Source of the DNA: Nitrospirota bacterium
Lineage (GTDB): Bacteria; Nitrospirota; UBA9217
Assembly: GCA_963749655.1 (NCBI GenBank)
Contig: CAVVOB010000020.1
Span: 32,001 to 96,000 of the forward strand
DNA length: 64,000 nt
Direction of reading: 5' to 3'
Below are positions 1-10,365 of the stretch, in pieces. Position 1 is the stretch's first letter, and each line of letters begins with the position of its first letter. A program made the translations under genes and the position numbers. Below the pieces are notes generated by a model. That model was not told the origin of the DNA. It saw only the letters and a list, made by a program, of their open reading frames with translations, and made no database searches.

Positions 1-488
1 TCGCCGGTGTCGAGGGGCAAGGGGGTGTCGGAAAGACTGTTGATCGTTCGGTAAAAAAAGCGTGCAGAAAATATTTTAAACAGCCCCTCGCCTTTGCGTT
101 CTCTGCGCACCGCATACACGACATTTGCCCCGAGCGACTCGGCGGTTCGCAGCATGTCGGGAATGAGTTCGGGAGGGTCCTGCAGATCGGCATCAATAAT
201 GACCGCACGGTCGCCGGATGCATGCTGGATGCCCGCGGAAACTGCGGCTTGATGGCCGAAATTGCGGGAAAAACGGACCATCTTTACCGATGCATTCTGC
301 GCAGCCAGCATCTTCAGGATCTGGGGTGTTCGGTCCCTGCTCCCGTCGTCGATCATGACCATTTCATAGTTGTCGATCCCTTCGCTGCGAAGAACACCGG
401 TCATGCGGGTGTAAAATTCCTCCAGCACTGCTTCCTCGTTGTAGCAGGGAGCAATGATCGATAGTTTTTTTTCCGGCAGATCCTGCAT
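1..488 (-). CDS. Glycosyltransferase family 2, GtrB/ArnC-like (partial, runs off window start)
   Basis: Manual translation from ATG at 488: MQDLPEKKLSIIAPCYNEE...MIDDGSRD...FSRNFGHQAAVSAG...IIDADLQDPPELI. Confidence 0.9.
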   Translation of the reverse strand, partial: MQDLPEKKLSIIAPCYNEEAVLEEFYTRMTGVLRSEGIDNYEMVMIDDGSRDRTPQILKMLAAQNASVKMVRFSRNFGHQAAVSAGIQHASGDRAVIIDADLQDPPELIPDMLRTAESLGANVVYAVRRERKGEGLFKIFSARFFYRTINSLSDTPLPLDTG

Positions 489-630
489 AATAGCGCCTTC
501 CGAATAGTCGTCGGCCCCGGAACGGGGTCGAAAAAATACACCGGTCTTATATCCTTTTTTGCATCACCCGGACCGATCATGCGAAAGCGGCGGGCCATCT
601 CACTGCAGTCGGCCAGGATTGACGCCTGAC

Positions 631-1386
631 TCATCGGACGACGGGATTGATCAGGCTCCCGATCCCCTCGATCCTCACTTCGATGCGGTCTCCGGGCTTC
701 AGTGTTCCGATTCCCGAAGGGGTTCCCGTGATGATGAGATCCCCGGGCTCCAGCGTCATGACATGGGAGATGAAACTGACGATCTGGTCGATCCCGAAGA
801 TGAACCGGGATGTTCGGGACGATTGCCGCCGTTCTCCGTTCAGATACGATTCTATGAGGACGTCGGCAGGGTCGAGGTCGGTCTCGATCCAGGGCCCCAC
901 GGGACAGAACGTGTCGAAGGACTTGGCGCGGGTCCACTGCATGTCCTTATTCTGGAGATCGCGGGCCGTGACATCGTTCGCACAGGTATAGCCGAGGATA
1001 TGGTCCTTTGCTTCATCGGGCCGGATTCTTCGGGTGCGGTCCCTGACGACGACGCCGAGCTCCGCCTCATAGTCGACCTGCGTACTCATCGGCGGACATT
1101 CGATCGCATCGGCGGGCCCGATCACGGTCGTGGGCGGCTTCAAAAAAATGACGGGTTCGTCCGGTACCGGGAGCCCCAGCTCCTCTGCGTGGTCGCGGTA
1201 GTTGAGACCCACGGCGATCACTTTTGACGGCATGCAGGGTGCGAGCAGTCTGACCTCGGAGAGGGGATGGATGCGTGCGGGAGATCCGCCTGCAGCGTCA
1301 AACGTTCCCGGCAGCTCGGAGACCTCCCCGCCCCGGAGCACTCCGTAGCCCGTTCTTTCTCCGGCCTGGAAGCGCACGAGTTTCAT
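631..1386 (-). CDS. Fumarylacetoacetate hydrolase family protein
   Basis: Motifs GLNYRDH, FLKP, DYEAEL, NDVTARD, AKSFDTF, TGTP. Confidence 0.92.
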   Translation of the reverse strand: MKLVRFQAGERTGYGVLRGGEVSELPGTFDAAGGSPARIHPLSEVRLLAPCMPSKVIAVGLNYRDHAEELGLPVPDEPVIFLKPPTTVIGPADAIECPPMSTQVDYEAELGVVVRDRTRRIRPDEAKDHILGYTCANDVTARDLQNKDMQWTRAKSFDTFCPVGPWIETDLDPADVLIESYLNGERRQSSRTSRFIFGIDQIVSFISHVMTLEPGDLIITGTPSGIGTLKPGDRIEVRIEGIGSLINPVVR

Positions 1387-1404
1387 TGGTCGCCCCTGCG
1401 GCTA

Positions 1405-2163
1405 TTATTTCTTATCGATCCATTCGATCAGCTTGTCCTCGGGCATGGAGCCTGAATGGACCTCGCCGTCGTTGCGCACCATTGCGGGCGTGCCGTTCAA
1501 ATTCAGGGATTGGGCCAGTGCCTTGTTCTTTTCGATCTGGTCCGGCGGGCAGGTCGGTTCGGGCACCACCTTGCCGGAGAAGGCGTCATCGAGCATTTCC
1601 AGAGACGACGAGCACTGTACGGACTGTGCCTTCTTGAAGGCATCCTTGTGCATCGGCAGCGGGTTCAGAATGATCGCAAAAGCAATGTCTTTCCGTTTCT
1701 CGATGACCTGCTTCATGATCTTATGCAGCTCCCGGCAATAGGGACAATCGGGGTCGCTGAAAACGACGACGACATTCGGGGCAGTCTTGGAACCCAGGTA
1801 GACCGCGTGTTCGCGGGGGATTTTCGAGAAGTCCACTTTCTTGGGCGGCTGCTGCCTGTCGAGGGCCTCGACAGGGATGAGCTGGGCAATAAGGAATTTT
1901 TTGGAAAAGTCGATATACAGCGCACCCCGTTTTCCGTCCGCTGTTTCCACGTCGATCTGCCAGACACCCTTGATCGGCGACATTTTGACATCGGTGACCG
2001 TCCCGTTTGCAACGGCTTTTTTCACGATTGTTTCGGCGTCCTTCTTTTCCAGCTTGTGGCACTCGATGCAGTCCTTGTCGCCTTTCTTGGGCGGGAACGC
2101 GTGCGAGGTGAACGGCAGAACAACGACGAGGCATCCCAAAAGCAGCAGATAGATTGTTTTCAC
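1405..2163 (-). CDS. dsbC: DsbC-type thiol:disulfide isomerase with N-terminal CxxCH motif
   Basis: Signal peptide, FSDPDCPYC active site, second Cys pair, GTPA cis-Pro loop; GTG start 6 nt from an AAGGAG SD. Confidence 0.8.
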   Translation of the reverse strand: MKTIYLLLLGCLVVVLPFTSHAFPPKKGDKDCIECHKLEKKDAETIVKKAVANGTVTDVKMSPIKGVWQIDVETADGKRGALYIDFSKKFLIAQLIPVEALDRQQPPKKVDFSKIPREHAVYLGSKTAPNVVVVFSDPDCPYCRELHKIMKQVIEKRKDIAFAIILNPLPMHKDAFKKAQSVQCSSSLEMLDDAFSGKVVPEPTCPPDQIEKNKALAQSLNLNGTPAMVRNDGEVHSGSMPEDKLIEWIDKK

Positions 2164-2278
2164 GACGGTCTCCTTCACAATACGTTTTTCTGTAGTTTTC
2201 ATGATACTCGATGCGCAGTAACAACGGAACATCTGCGGTTGACGATGGATGCGGTCAAAGGGTCATACATTGCCGGCG

Positions 2279-3082
2279 CTAGCGCAAGCCCAGGACGTCC
2301 TGCATATCGTAGAGGCCCGGCTTTTTGTCCATGACCCATTTTGCGGCCCGAATAGCGCCGCGCACGAACATATCGCGGGTGTGAGCGCGGTGGGTGAGCT
2401 CGATCCGCTCGCCCATGCCTATGAAGTATACCGTATGTTCCCCCACGATGTCGCCGCCCCGGACCGTCTGCATGCCGATTTCCTCATCCGTCCTGGCCCC
2501 GGTCATGCCTTCGCGATGATACTTGGCGGCCTTCTGGTAGTCCCGGCCGAGCGCCTTTGCAACAACCTCTCCCATGCGCACGGCGGTGCCGGACGGTGCG
2601 TCCTTCTTCAGCCGGTGGTGCCACTCCACGATCTCGGCGTCGAACTCGGGCCCGAGGAGCTTCGCGAGGTCCGCCAGCACCTTGAAGCAGACGTTCACAC
2701 CCACGCTCATGTTCGGCGACAGCACGCAGGGGGCTTTCGTGACGAGGGTCGCGACCTCGGCCAGCTGTTCCTTCGAAAATCCCGTGGACCCGATGACCAT
2801 CGGCTTGCCGAGACCGGCGCAGGCCTTGATATGCGCCATACTGGTTTCCGGAAAGGTGAAGTCGATCAGCACGTCGCCGGCGGCGAGTGCCGCGCCGGGA
2901 TCATCGACGATCTTGACGCCGGTGGCGCCGATACCGGCCGCCTGGCCCGCGTCCTGGCCGATCGCCGCGTGCCCCTTCTTTTCCAGCGCGCCGCCGAGGC
3001 TGAATCCCTCGGTGGTCGAAAGGATATTGATGATGCGCGAACCCATCCGGCCGGCCGCGCCTGTTACGACAGCTTTGATCAT
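2279..3082 (-). CDS. dapB: 4-hydroxy-tetrahydrodipicolinate reductase
   Basis: GAAGRMG, GSTG, EWHHRLKKDAPSGTA, RGGDIVGEH. Confidence 0.97.
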   Translation of the reverse strand: MIKAVVTGAAGRMGSRIINILSTTEGFSLGGALEKKGHAAIGQDAGQAAGIGATGVKIVDDPGAALAAGDVLIDFTFPETSMAHIKACAGLGKPMVIGSTGFSKEQLAEVATLVTKAPCVLSPNMSVGVNVCFKVLADLAKLLGPEFDAEIVEWHHRLKKDAPSGTAVRMGEVVAKALGRDYQKAAKYHREGMTGARTDEEIGMQTVRGGDIVGEHTVYFIGMGERIELTHRAHTRDMFVRGAIRAAKWVMDKKPGLYDMQDVLGLR

Positions 3083-3160
3083 GAAGAACCTCCTTCAGCG
3101 TGCACGCCGGCCGGCTTGCAGGCTGCAAGCCTCTTCACCGCCGTTCCGTGCGGTGAGCGA

Positions 3161-4033
3161 TTAGACCAGCCCGTAGTCCTTCAGCGCTTTTTTCAGCTTG
3201 TCCTTGTTCGCATCTGCCATGGGGCAGAGCGGCAGACGGAACTCCTCGTTGATCCTTCCCATGAGCGCAAGGGCGGTCTTCACCGGGATGGGGTTGGTCT
3301 CTACGAACATGAGGCTGTGGAGCGGCTCCATCTTGAAGTGCAGCCTGACCGCTTCTTCCCTTTTTCCTGCGAAGAAGGCGTCGAACATGGCGGCAGCATC
3401 GCCCGGGATGATGTTGGCGGTGACCGAGATCGCCCCTACGCCGCCGATCGCCAGCATCGGAAGGGTGGTGAAATCGTCGCCGGAAATGACGTCAAAATTC
3501 CTGCCGCACAGCCTGATGACCTCGCTGATCTGCTTCAGGTCGCCCGTCGCTTCCTTGATGCCGACGATGTTCTTCTTTTCGCGGAGGCGCGCCACTGTCG
3601 GAGGAAGCATGTTCACGCTCGTCCGGCCCGGCACATTGTAGAGGATAATCGGGACGTCCGTGGAGTCCGCGATCGTCGCGAAATGCCGGTAGAGCCCCTC
3701 CTGCGTGGGCTTGTTGTAATAGGGTGTGATGAGCAGGACCCCGTCGGCGCCCGCTTTTTTCGCGTACTGCGTGAGCTCCAGCGTTTCGGAGGTCGAGTTC
3801 GAACCGGCGCCCGCGACGACGGGCACGCGTTTGTTCACGGTCTTGACGGTGAACTCGATAACGCGGTGGTGCTCCTCGTGCGAAAGCGTAGCCGATTCGC
3901 CGGTCGTGCCGCAGGGCACGATCACGTCCGTGCCGTTCTTGATGTGAAATTCGATCAGATCGCCCAGCGCCTTCTCGTCCACCGCGCCGTTCTTGAACGG
4001 CGTAACGATCGCTACCATTGAACCTTTGAACAT
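3161..4033 (-). CDS. dapA: 4-hydroxy-tetrahydrodipicolinate synthase
   Basis: GTTGES, PYYNKP, YNVPGRT, GIKEA, NPIPVK. Confidence 0.97.
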   Translation of the reverse strand: MFKGSMVAIVTPFKNGAVDEKALGDLIEFHIKNGTDVIVPCGTTGESATLSHEEHHRVIEFTVKTVNKRVPVVAGAGSNSTSETLELTQYAKKAGADGVLLITPYYNKPTQEGLYRHFATIADSTDVPIILYNVPGRTSVNMLPPTVARLREKKNIVGIKEATGDLKQISEVIRLCGRNFDVISGDDFTTLPMLAIGGVGAISVTANIIPGDAAAMFDAFFAGKREEAVRLHFKMEPLHSLMFVETNPIPVKTALALMGRINEEFRLPLCPMADANKDKLKKALKDYGLV

Positions 4034-4057
4034 TGCAGCCTCCTGTAAGGAAAAACT

Positions 4058-4193
4058 GTTTCCGGTTTGTGGTCTCTGGTTTCGAGTTCTACCGTCAAAC
4101 TTCCATCAGCCTTGGCCTTGCCGTCATACGATCCTTCCACCCCGGCTTCAGCCGCGCTCTGCAACTATAAACTGTAAACCAGAAACGAGAAAC
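4058..4193. repeat. Inverted pair of period-7 arrays (GTTNNNN ... NNNNAAC)
   Basis: gtttccg gtttgtg gtctctg gtttcga gtt at 4058-4088; aactata aactgta aaccaga aacgaga aac at 4163-4193. Confidence 0.75.
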
Positions 4194-5005
4194 TATACGT
4201 ACAACAACCCTTCGCAGATCACCTGCGCCCCGCCCTCGAGATGGATCGAGCCGAAGCCGTCCCCGGACCGTTCGAAGGTGACGATGAGTTTTTCGCCGCT
4301 CCAGGTGAGGACCTCAACCGGGGGCACGACAGCGCCGAGCGCTCCTGCAACCAGCGCAGCCGCTACGGACCCCGTACCGCAGGCCAGGGTCTCGCCTTCC
4401 ACGCCCCGCTCGTAGGTCCTGATGCGGATCCGGTGCTTGTTCTGGATCTGGATGAAATTTACGTTCGTCCCCGCAGGTTTGAAAAGGCCGTGGTACCGCG
4501 ACGTCCGTCCGATCCGTTCGACGTCCTCGCCGTCCAGGTCCTTGGACAGATACACCAGATGGGGCACCCCGGTGTTGATGTAATGACCCATGCGCAGGCC
4601 GCTGTCGAGCGGAACGGCAATGTTCATGCGCAGCCCGGTCGCATCGGTGAGCTGTACGTTCACCCGGTCCTTCTTCACGACCGAATGGATGACCCCGGCC
4701 AGGGTCTCGAACCGGAGGTCTTTTTTCGCAATTTTCTTGAGAGTGGCGTAACGGGCCGCGCAGCGCGAGCCGTTGCCGCACATTTCGGCCTCGCTCCCGT
4801 CGGCGTTGAAGAAGCGCCACTTGAAGTCAGCCTTGCGCGAAGGCACGATTACGATCAGGCCGTCGGCGCCCACGGAGTAACGCCGATGGCACACGGTCAC
4901 GGCAAGGTCCTTCAGGTTTCTGCCCTTGAGGATGCCCCTCCGGTCGTCAATGAGGATGAAATCATTGCCGCTGCCCTGCATTTTATAAAAAGGGATTTTT
5001 TTCAT
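4193..5005 (-). CDS. dapF: Diaminopimelate epimerase
   Basis: KMQGSGNDF, NADGSEAEMCGNGSRC, ERGVEGETLACGTG. Confidence 0.97.
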   Translation of the reverse strand: MKKIPFYKMQGSGNDFILIDDRRGILKGRNLKDLAVTVCHRRYSVGADGLIVIVPSRKADFKWRFFNADGSEAEMCGNGSRCAARYATLKKIAKKDLRFETLAGVIHSVVKKDRVNVQLTDATGLRMNIAVPLDSGLRMGHYINTGVPHLVYLSKDLDGEDVERIGRTSRYHGLFKPAGTNVNFIQIQNKHRIRIRTYERGVEGETLACGTGSVAAALVAGALGAVVPPVEVLTWSGEKLIVTFERSGDGFGSIHLEGGAQVICEGLLYV

Positions 5006-5016
5006 AACAGTGCGGC

Positions 5017-5119
5017 GCAGAGCATAGGGCATGGCGCATGGGGTACATCATTCCAGCCCTCATACAAATTCAGCATTTCCTTTTGCTCCGCTCTTTGCCC
5101 TCCGCTCTCTGCCCTCTGC
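5017..5119. repeat. Inverted pair of period-7 arrays (GCANRGN type)
   Basis: gcagagc atagggc atggcgc atggg ... gctccgc tctttgc cctccgc tctctgc cctctgc, between lysA stop and dapF start. Confidence 0.7.
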
Positions 5120-5121
5120 GA

Positions 5122-6384
5122 TTATCCTTCCATCCACCGCGGGATCTTTTCACCTTTGATGAGGTCGTTGTAGGTCTCCCGCTCCCGGACGATGTAGTAC
5201 TCGCTCCCCCGCACCATCACTTCCGCCGGCCGGGGTCGGGAATTGTAATTCGAAGACATGGAAAAGCCGTATGCGCCGGCGCTCATCACGGCCAGGAGCT
5301 CTCCCTGCCGGACCGGGGGAATGGCACGGTCCTTGGCGAGAAAATCTCCTGATTCGCAGATCGGCCCCACGATGTCGAGGGTCTCCGTTTCCGCAGATGT
5401 CGGCTCGATTACCGGTTTGATGTCGTGGTATGCATCGTACAGGCTGGGGCGTATCAGGTCGTTCATGCCCGCATCGACGATGAGGAACTTTTTTTCGCCG
5501 CTGTCCTTTCGGTACACCGCGCGGGTGACGAGGATCCCCGCGTTCCCGACGATCGCCCTGCCCGGTTCGAGCACCAGCGTGCAGCCGCACTGCGCCAGGA
5601 GCGGCCGGACAGCCGCGGCCAGTTCCCGGGGGTGTGGGGGCGTTTCGTCCTTGTAGGTGATGCCCAGCCCGCCGCCGATGTCAATATACCGAATGTCTAT
5701 TCCCGCTGACCGGAGCTCCTTGACGAACTGGGACACTTTTTCAAGGGCGTCGACAAAGGGTTGGACTTCGGTGATCTGTGATCCGATGTGGTGATGAACG
5801 CCGATGACCTCGATATTCGGCAGCGAATTCGCAGTCCGATAGTATTCAAGGGCCTGTTCGATGGGGATGCCGAACTTGTTCTCCTTGAGGCCCGTGGATA
5901 TGTAGGCATGGGTCTTGGGATCAATGTTGGGGTTCACGCGCAGGGCAATCCTTGCCGTCGTGCGCATTTCGCCGGCTGCCCGGTTCAGGGCCTCGAGCTC
6001 GTCACCGGACTCGCAGTTGAACATGAGGATGCCCACTTTGAGCGCATATTCAATCTCTTCACGCCGTTTGCCGACGCCGGCGTAGACGATTTTTCCGGGG
6101 TCGATACCGGCGCGGAGCGCCCGGAACAGTTCTCCGCCGGACACGATGTCCGCTCCGGCGCCCTCCCTCCCCAGCAGGCGGAGCACGGCGCCGTTCGAGT
6201 TTGACTTGAGCGCGAAGCAGATCAGGCGGGGCACTTTATCAAAGGCTTTGTCAAAGGCCCGGACATGGTTGGCGAGTGTGTTGCTGCTGTAGAGATAGAA
6301 GGGGGTGCCGACTCGCTGGGCGACAGCCTTGACGGCCACGCTCTCGCAGTAGAGCTCGCCATTCTTGTACTGGAAATCATGCAT
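5122..6384 (-). CDS. lysA: Diaminopimelate decarboxylase
   Basis: FALKSN PLP lysine, HIGSQ, DIGGG, EPGR, GPICESGD, SNYNSRPR. Confidence 0.97.
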   Translation of the reverse strand: MHDFQYKNGELYCESVAVKAVAQRVGTPFYLYSSNTLANHVRAFDKAFDKVPRLICFALKSNSNGAVLRLLGREGAGADIVSGGELFRALRAGIDPGKIVYAGVGKRREEIEYALKVGILMFNCESGDELEALNRAAGEMRTTARIALRVNPNIDPKTHAYISTGLKENKFGIPIEQALEYYRTANSLPNIEVIGVHHHIGSQITEVQPFVDALEKVSQFVKELRSAGIDIRYIDIGGGLGITYKDETPPHPRELAAAVRPLLAQCGCTLVLEPGRAIVGNAGILVTRAVYRKDSGEKKFLIVDAGMNDLIRPSLYDAYHDIKPVIEPTSAETETLDIVGPICESGDFLAKDRAIPPVRQGELLAVMSAGAYGFSMSSNYNSRPRPAEVMVRGSEYYIVRERETYNDLIKGEKIPRWMEG

Positions 6385-6477
6385 AAGGTATCCCGTAAAA
6401 TTCAGATCACGGGATGACAAGATCGCAACCGGCAGAAGCAGCTTCCCGCGCAGCCTGCCGGCTCTCGCCTGGTCATC

Positions 6478-7545
6478 CTATCTGAACTTCTCCACGAACG
6501 CTTTGCGTTCTTCTGATTTTGTGCTTTCGTTGCCCGATGTGTCCACCGCGCTCACGGCGTAGAAATAGGTGGTTCCCACCTTGACGGTCATATCCGAATA
6601 GGTCGTGCGGTTCAGCGGTTTGTCCGTCAGCCGCTCGTAATCCCTGCCGCTCCGCGTCGAGCGGTATACATAATAGCCGGCGAGGTCCCGCTCCCCGTTT
6701 TCGTTCCAGGTCAGGAACACCCGGTCCACGCCGGGCACCGCGGTCAGCTTCGTCGGTCTGTCCGGCGGCGTCATATCACGTGGGGTCGCGGACGATTGCA
6801 GCGAGTCGGGGCTCTCCTGCCAGGGCCGTGTCGGCCGGTCCACGGAACGAACGAGGTAATAGTAGGCGCGGCCGTTCAGTGTCGATTTGTCGATGTAGGT
6901 CGTCGCAGTGAGCGGCTCAGGGTTCAGAGGCGCCTCGTCATGACGGCCCGCTTCGTTTCCACGGTAGATGTTGTAGCCGATAAAGCCTGAAACACGGGTC
7001 CCGTCGAGCCGTCCGGTCACCGGTTCCCAGGTGACGCGCACAGAGTTGTCTCCCTCCACCGCCCTGATCCCTTGCGGAATGGCCAGGGGCATGGAAGGCG
7101 TTACCCGGACCTCCTCGGAGGGCTGGCTGACTCCGCCGCGTTCGCTTACCGCCCTGATCCGGTACCCGTAGGCATATCCGTACTTCAGGTTGTCGTCGCT
7201 CCAGATGACGACGTCGTTCCGGACTGTTGCAGGCGCGGGATTCTGAATGTCGATCTCTGCATATAATTTGTACCGGCCTTTCCGGCGGTCGGGGCCGAAT
7301 TCGGCGCGGTAGATGCGCATTGCCCGGATGTTCGAGGCGCTCAGGTTTTTGCCTTCGACGTTCTTCGTCGGCAGGGGCCACGATAAAAAGGCCTCAGCGC
7401 CTCTCGTGACGGCGGTGATCCCGTGAACCTGCTCGGGACGCGGGCTGTCCGGAACCACCGGGGCCGTTTTTCTCCCGCAGGCGGCGAAGGACGCGATCAT
7501 CAGGAAGGCACAAGCCGCGATGCACCACCGGGTCCGGGTGTTCAT
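6478..7545 (-). CDS. Lipoprotein with three fibronectin type III-like domains and an LptM/YifL-like N-terminus
   Basis: Lipobox [13 protein letters not shown]; repeated W...YxxYR...YxD...YYY FN3 patterns. Confidence 0.8.
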   Translation of the reverse strand: MNTRTRWCIAACAFLMIASFAACGRKTAPVVPDSPRPEQVHGITAVTRGAEAFLSWPLPTKNVEGKNLSASNIRAMRIYRAEFGPDRRKGRYKLYAEIDIQNPAPATVRNDVVIWSDDNLKYGYAYGYRIRAVSERGGVSQPSEEVRVTPSMPLAIPQGIRAVEGDNSVRVTWEPVTGRLDGTRVSGFIGYNIYRGNEAGRHDEAPLNPEPLTATTYIDKSTLNGRAYYYLVRSVDRPTRPWQESPDSLQSSATPRDMTPPDRPTKLTAVPGVDRVFLTWNENGERDLAGYYVYRSTRSGRDYERLTDKPLNRTTYSDMTVKVGTTYFYAVSAVDTSGNESTKSEERKAFVEKFR

Positions 7546-8954
7546 TTCATCTTCTTCTTGAGCTCATTCAGCCGCTTGTCGAGATTGCGCGGAGCCGTGC
7601 CGCCGCGCGATGTTCTTCTGCCGACCGAGGCGTCAATAGATATGGCCTCATACACGTCCTCATCGATCAGCGCTGAAATGCGTCGGTATTCGGCCAGGGG
7701 CATATCGCCCAGACCGCACTCGAGCTGCCCCGCGCGAAGCACCGCCCTGCCCACGACCTCATGCGCCGCGCGGAAGGGCATGTTCTTCCTTACGAGATAA
7801 TCGGCCAGGTCGGTGGCGGTAATGAAACCGTCCTCGGCGGCCCTGCGCATAGCCTCCCGGTTCACCGTAATTCCCGGCAGCATCTGGGCAAACACCGAGA
7901 GCGCCAGTCTGACCGTATCGGCTGCGTCGAATAGCGGCTCCTTGTCCTCCTGCATATCGCGGTTGTACGCAAGCGGGAGTCCTTTCATGATCGTCAGGAG
8001 CGACATGAGACCGCCGTACACCCGGCCTGTCTTGCCGCGGGTCAGCTCGGCTACGTCGGGGTTCTTCTTCTGCGGCATGATCGACGAGCCTGTTGTGAAG
8101 GCATCGGAGATGGTAATGAAGCCGAACTCCGAAGACGACCAGAGGACGAGTTCCTCGGACAGGCGCGAGAGGTGCATCATGATCTGGGCGCAGGCCGCAA
8201 CGAATTCGATGGCGAAATCCCTGTCCGATACGGCGTCCATGCTGTTCTCGCACAGGGCGCTGAAGGCGAGCTGCTTCGCCACGAAGGTCCGGTCGATGGG
8301 CAGCACGGTGCCGGCGAGGGCGCCCGCGCCCAGGGGCATAACGTTCACCCTGCGGAAACAGTCTTCCAGCCGGCCGCGGTCGCGTTCGAACATTTCGTAA
8401 TAGGCCAGAAGGTGGTGCCCCAGGAGCACGGGCTGGGCCCGTTGAAGGTGCGTATATCCCGGCAGGATCACACCGCGGTTTTTGTCGGCGAGCTGCACAA
8501 CGGCCTTCTGGACCGTTCTCAGCAGGTCATGAATGCCGGCGATCTCGTCGCGCAGATACATGCGGATGTCAAGGGCAACCTGGTCGTTTCTGCTCCGGGC
8601 GGTGTGGAGCTTGCCCCCCAGAGGGCCGATCTTTTCGATCAGCCGCTGCTCGATGTTCATGTGGATGTCTTCGAGCTCGATGCTGAACGTAAACGAGCCC
8701 GACGATATTTCTTCGAGGATGTCCGTGAGCCCGCGAATGATGCGGTCGGCCTCTCTTTTCGTAATGATGTCCGTCCTGGCCAGCATCCGCGCGTGGGCCA
8801 TGCTCCCGGCGATGTCGTAGGGATAGAGCCGCCAGTCATAGGGGATTGAGGCGGTGAATTCCTCGACCAGTGCGTTCGTCGACTCGGTGAACCGGCCGCC
8901 CCAGGGCTTGGTGGACTTGTTCTTCTTCTGAGTTGTTTTTTTCTTGTTTGCCAT
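7542..8954 (-). CDS. argH: Argininosuccinate lyase
   Basis: [37 protein letters not shown]. Confidence 0.98.
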   Translation of the reverse strand: MANKKKTTQKKNKSTKPWGGRFTESTNALVEEFTASIPYDWRLYPYDIAGSMAHARMLARTDIITKREADRIIRGLTDILEEISSGSFTFSIELEDIHMNIEQRLIEKIGPLGGKLHTARSRNDQVALDIRMYLRDEIAGIHDLLRTVQKAVVQLADKNRGVILPGYTHLQRAQPVLLGHHLLAYYEMFERDRGRLEDCFRRVNVMPLGAGALAGTVLPIDRTFVAKQLAFSALCENSMDAVSDRDFAIEFVAACAQIMMHLSRLSEELVLWSSSEFGFITISDAFTTGSSIMPQKKNPDVAELTRGKTGRVYGGLMSLLTIMKGLPLAYNRDMQEDKEPLFDAADTVRLALSVFAQMLPGITVNREAMRRAAEDGFITATDLADYLVRKNMPFRAAHEVVGRAVLRAGQLECGLGDMPLAEYRRISALIDEDVYEAISIDASVGRRTSRGGTAPRNLDKRLNELKKKMK

Positions 8955-8965
8955 ATCAGCTGCGG

Positions 8966-9056
8966 AAATTCCAAACTTCAGCCATCAAACCTCAAATAAG
9001 CTCCAATTTTTTGTCCCTGGAATTTATTTACGATTTCGTTTGCTATTTGGAGTTTG
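8966..9056. repeat. Degenerate AT-rich inverted element at the argG/argH junction
   Basis: aaattccaaa...caaataagctccaa versus tggaatttattt...tttggagttt; overlaps the argG stop region. Confidence 0.4.
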
Positions 9057-10248
9057 CCTTCGCTCCTATTCTTAATCTCAGTGCGTTCAGCCTGATGAAG
9101 CCTTCGGCGTCCTTCTGATTGTAGACCCTGTCTGCTTCGAAGGTCGCCAGCTCGGGGTTGTAAAGCGACACCGGCGACCTGCGGCCCACGGTGTCGCAGT
9201 TTCCTTTGTACAGTTTGATGCGCGCGGTGCCGGTCACGTTCTTCTGGGATTCGTCGATCGCCGCTTGGAGCATGAGGCGTTCGGGCGAGAACCAGTACCC
9301 ATAGTACACGAGCTCTGCATATCGCGCGATCAGGCTGTCGCGAAGGTGCATGGCCTCCCGGTCCATGGTGATAGACTCCACGGCCCGGTGCGCTGCATGG
9401 AGGAGCGTGCCGCCCGGCGTTTCGTAAACCCCGCGGGATTTCATGCCGACGTAGCGGTTTTCGACGAGGTCCACGCGTCCGACGCCGTGAGCCCCCGCGA
9501 TCCTGTTCGCCTCTGCCAGGAGCGCGGCCGGTGAAAGTCTCTTTCCGTTGACGGCAACGGGATTTCCCGCCTCGTACTCGACCTCGACATATTCGGCCTT
9601 GTCCGGCGCCTTTTCAACGGGCACGGCAAGGGTGTACATGTCGACCGTTGATTCTTTCCAGGGATCTTCCAGAATGCCGCCTTCGTAGCTGATATGAAGC
9701 AGGTTCCGGTCCGTGGAATAGGGCTTGGCCTTGGTCGCCGTCACCGGGATCTTGTGCTTCTCCGCATAGGCGATCAGCTCTTCCCTGCCTTTCATGGTCC
9801 ATTCCCGCCAGGGTGCCACGATCTTCACTCCCGGCTTGAGCGCGAAATAGGTGAGCTCGAAGCGGACCTGGTCGTTGCCTTTTCCCGTTGCGCCGTGGCA
9901 GACCGCATCGGCATTCTCTTTCTGCGCGATCTCGATCTGGCGTTTTGCAATGAGTGGCCGGGCGATCGAGGTCCCCAGGAGATAGCGGCCTTCGTAGACC
10001 GCATTCGCCCGCAGCATGGGGAACACGAAATCGCGCACGAATTCCTCGCGCAGGTCGTCGATGTAGATCTTGCTTGCGCCGGTCTTGATCGCCTTTTCGC
10101 GGAGCGGCTCCAGCTCCTCGCCCTGACCGATGTCTGCGGTGAAGGCGATCACCTCGCAGCCATAGGTCTCCCTGAGCCAGGTAATGATGACTGATGTGTC
10201 GAGTCCGCCGGAATAGGCGACGACGATTTTTCCGATATCCTGATTCAA
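9043..10248 (-). CDS. argG: Argininosuccinate synthase
   Basis: [34 protein letters not shown]. Confidence 0.98.
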   Translation of the reverse strand: MNQDIGKIVVAYSGGLDTSVIITWLRETYGCEVIAFTADIGQGEELEPLREKAIKTGASKIYIDDLREEFVRDFVFPMLRANAVYEGRYLLGTSIARPLIAKRQIEIAQKENADAVCHGATGKGNDQVRFELTYFALKPGVKIVAPWREWTMKGREELIAYAEKHKIPVTATKAKPYSTDRNLLHISYEGGILEDPWKESTVDMYTLAVPVEKAPDKAEYVEVEYEAGNPVAVNGKRLSPAALLAEANRIAGAHGVGRVDLVENRYVGMKSRGVYETPGGTLLHAAHRAVESITMDREAMHLRDSLIARYAELVYYGYWFSPERLMLQAAIDESQKNVTGTARIKLYKGNCDTVGRRSPVSLYNPELATFEADRVYNQKDAEGFIRLNALRLRIGAKANSK

Positions 10249-10269
10249 AACATTCCCTCAATAAAAAAG

Positions 10270-10361
10270 GGACGCAGATGAACGCTGAAGAACCGGATAC
10301 GACAATGATGGCCGATGAAGCCTATGCTTCTATCTGTGCCCATCTGCGTTAATCTGCGTCC
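10270..10361. repeat. Inverted pair of period-9 arrays
   Basis: ggacgcagatgaacgc at 10270 versus gcgttaatctgcgtcc ending at 10361 (15/16 complementary). Confidence 0.8.
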
Positions 10362-10365
10362 GAAA

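Noticed and set aside
2249-4021. 590-aa plus-strand ORF, and similar long ORFs at 17809-19530, 21045-23075 and 46826-48340
   Set aside because: Antisense shadows of well-supported genes in GC-rich DNA; no recognisable motifs.
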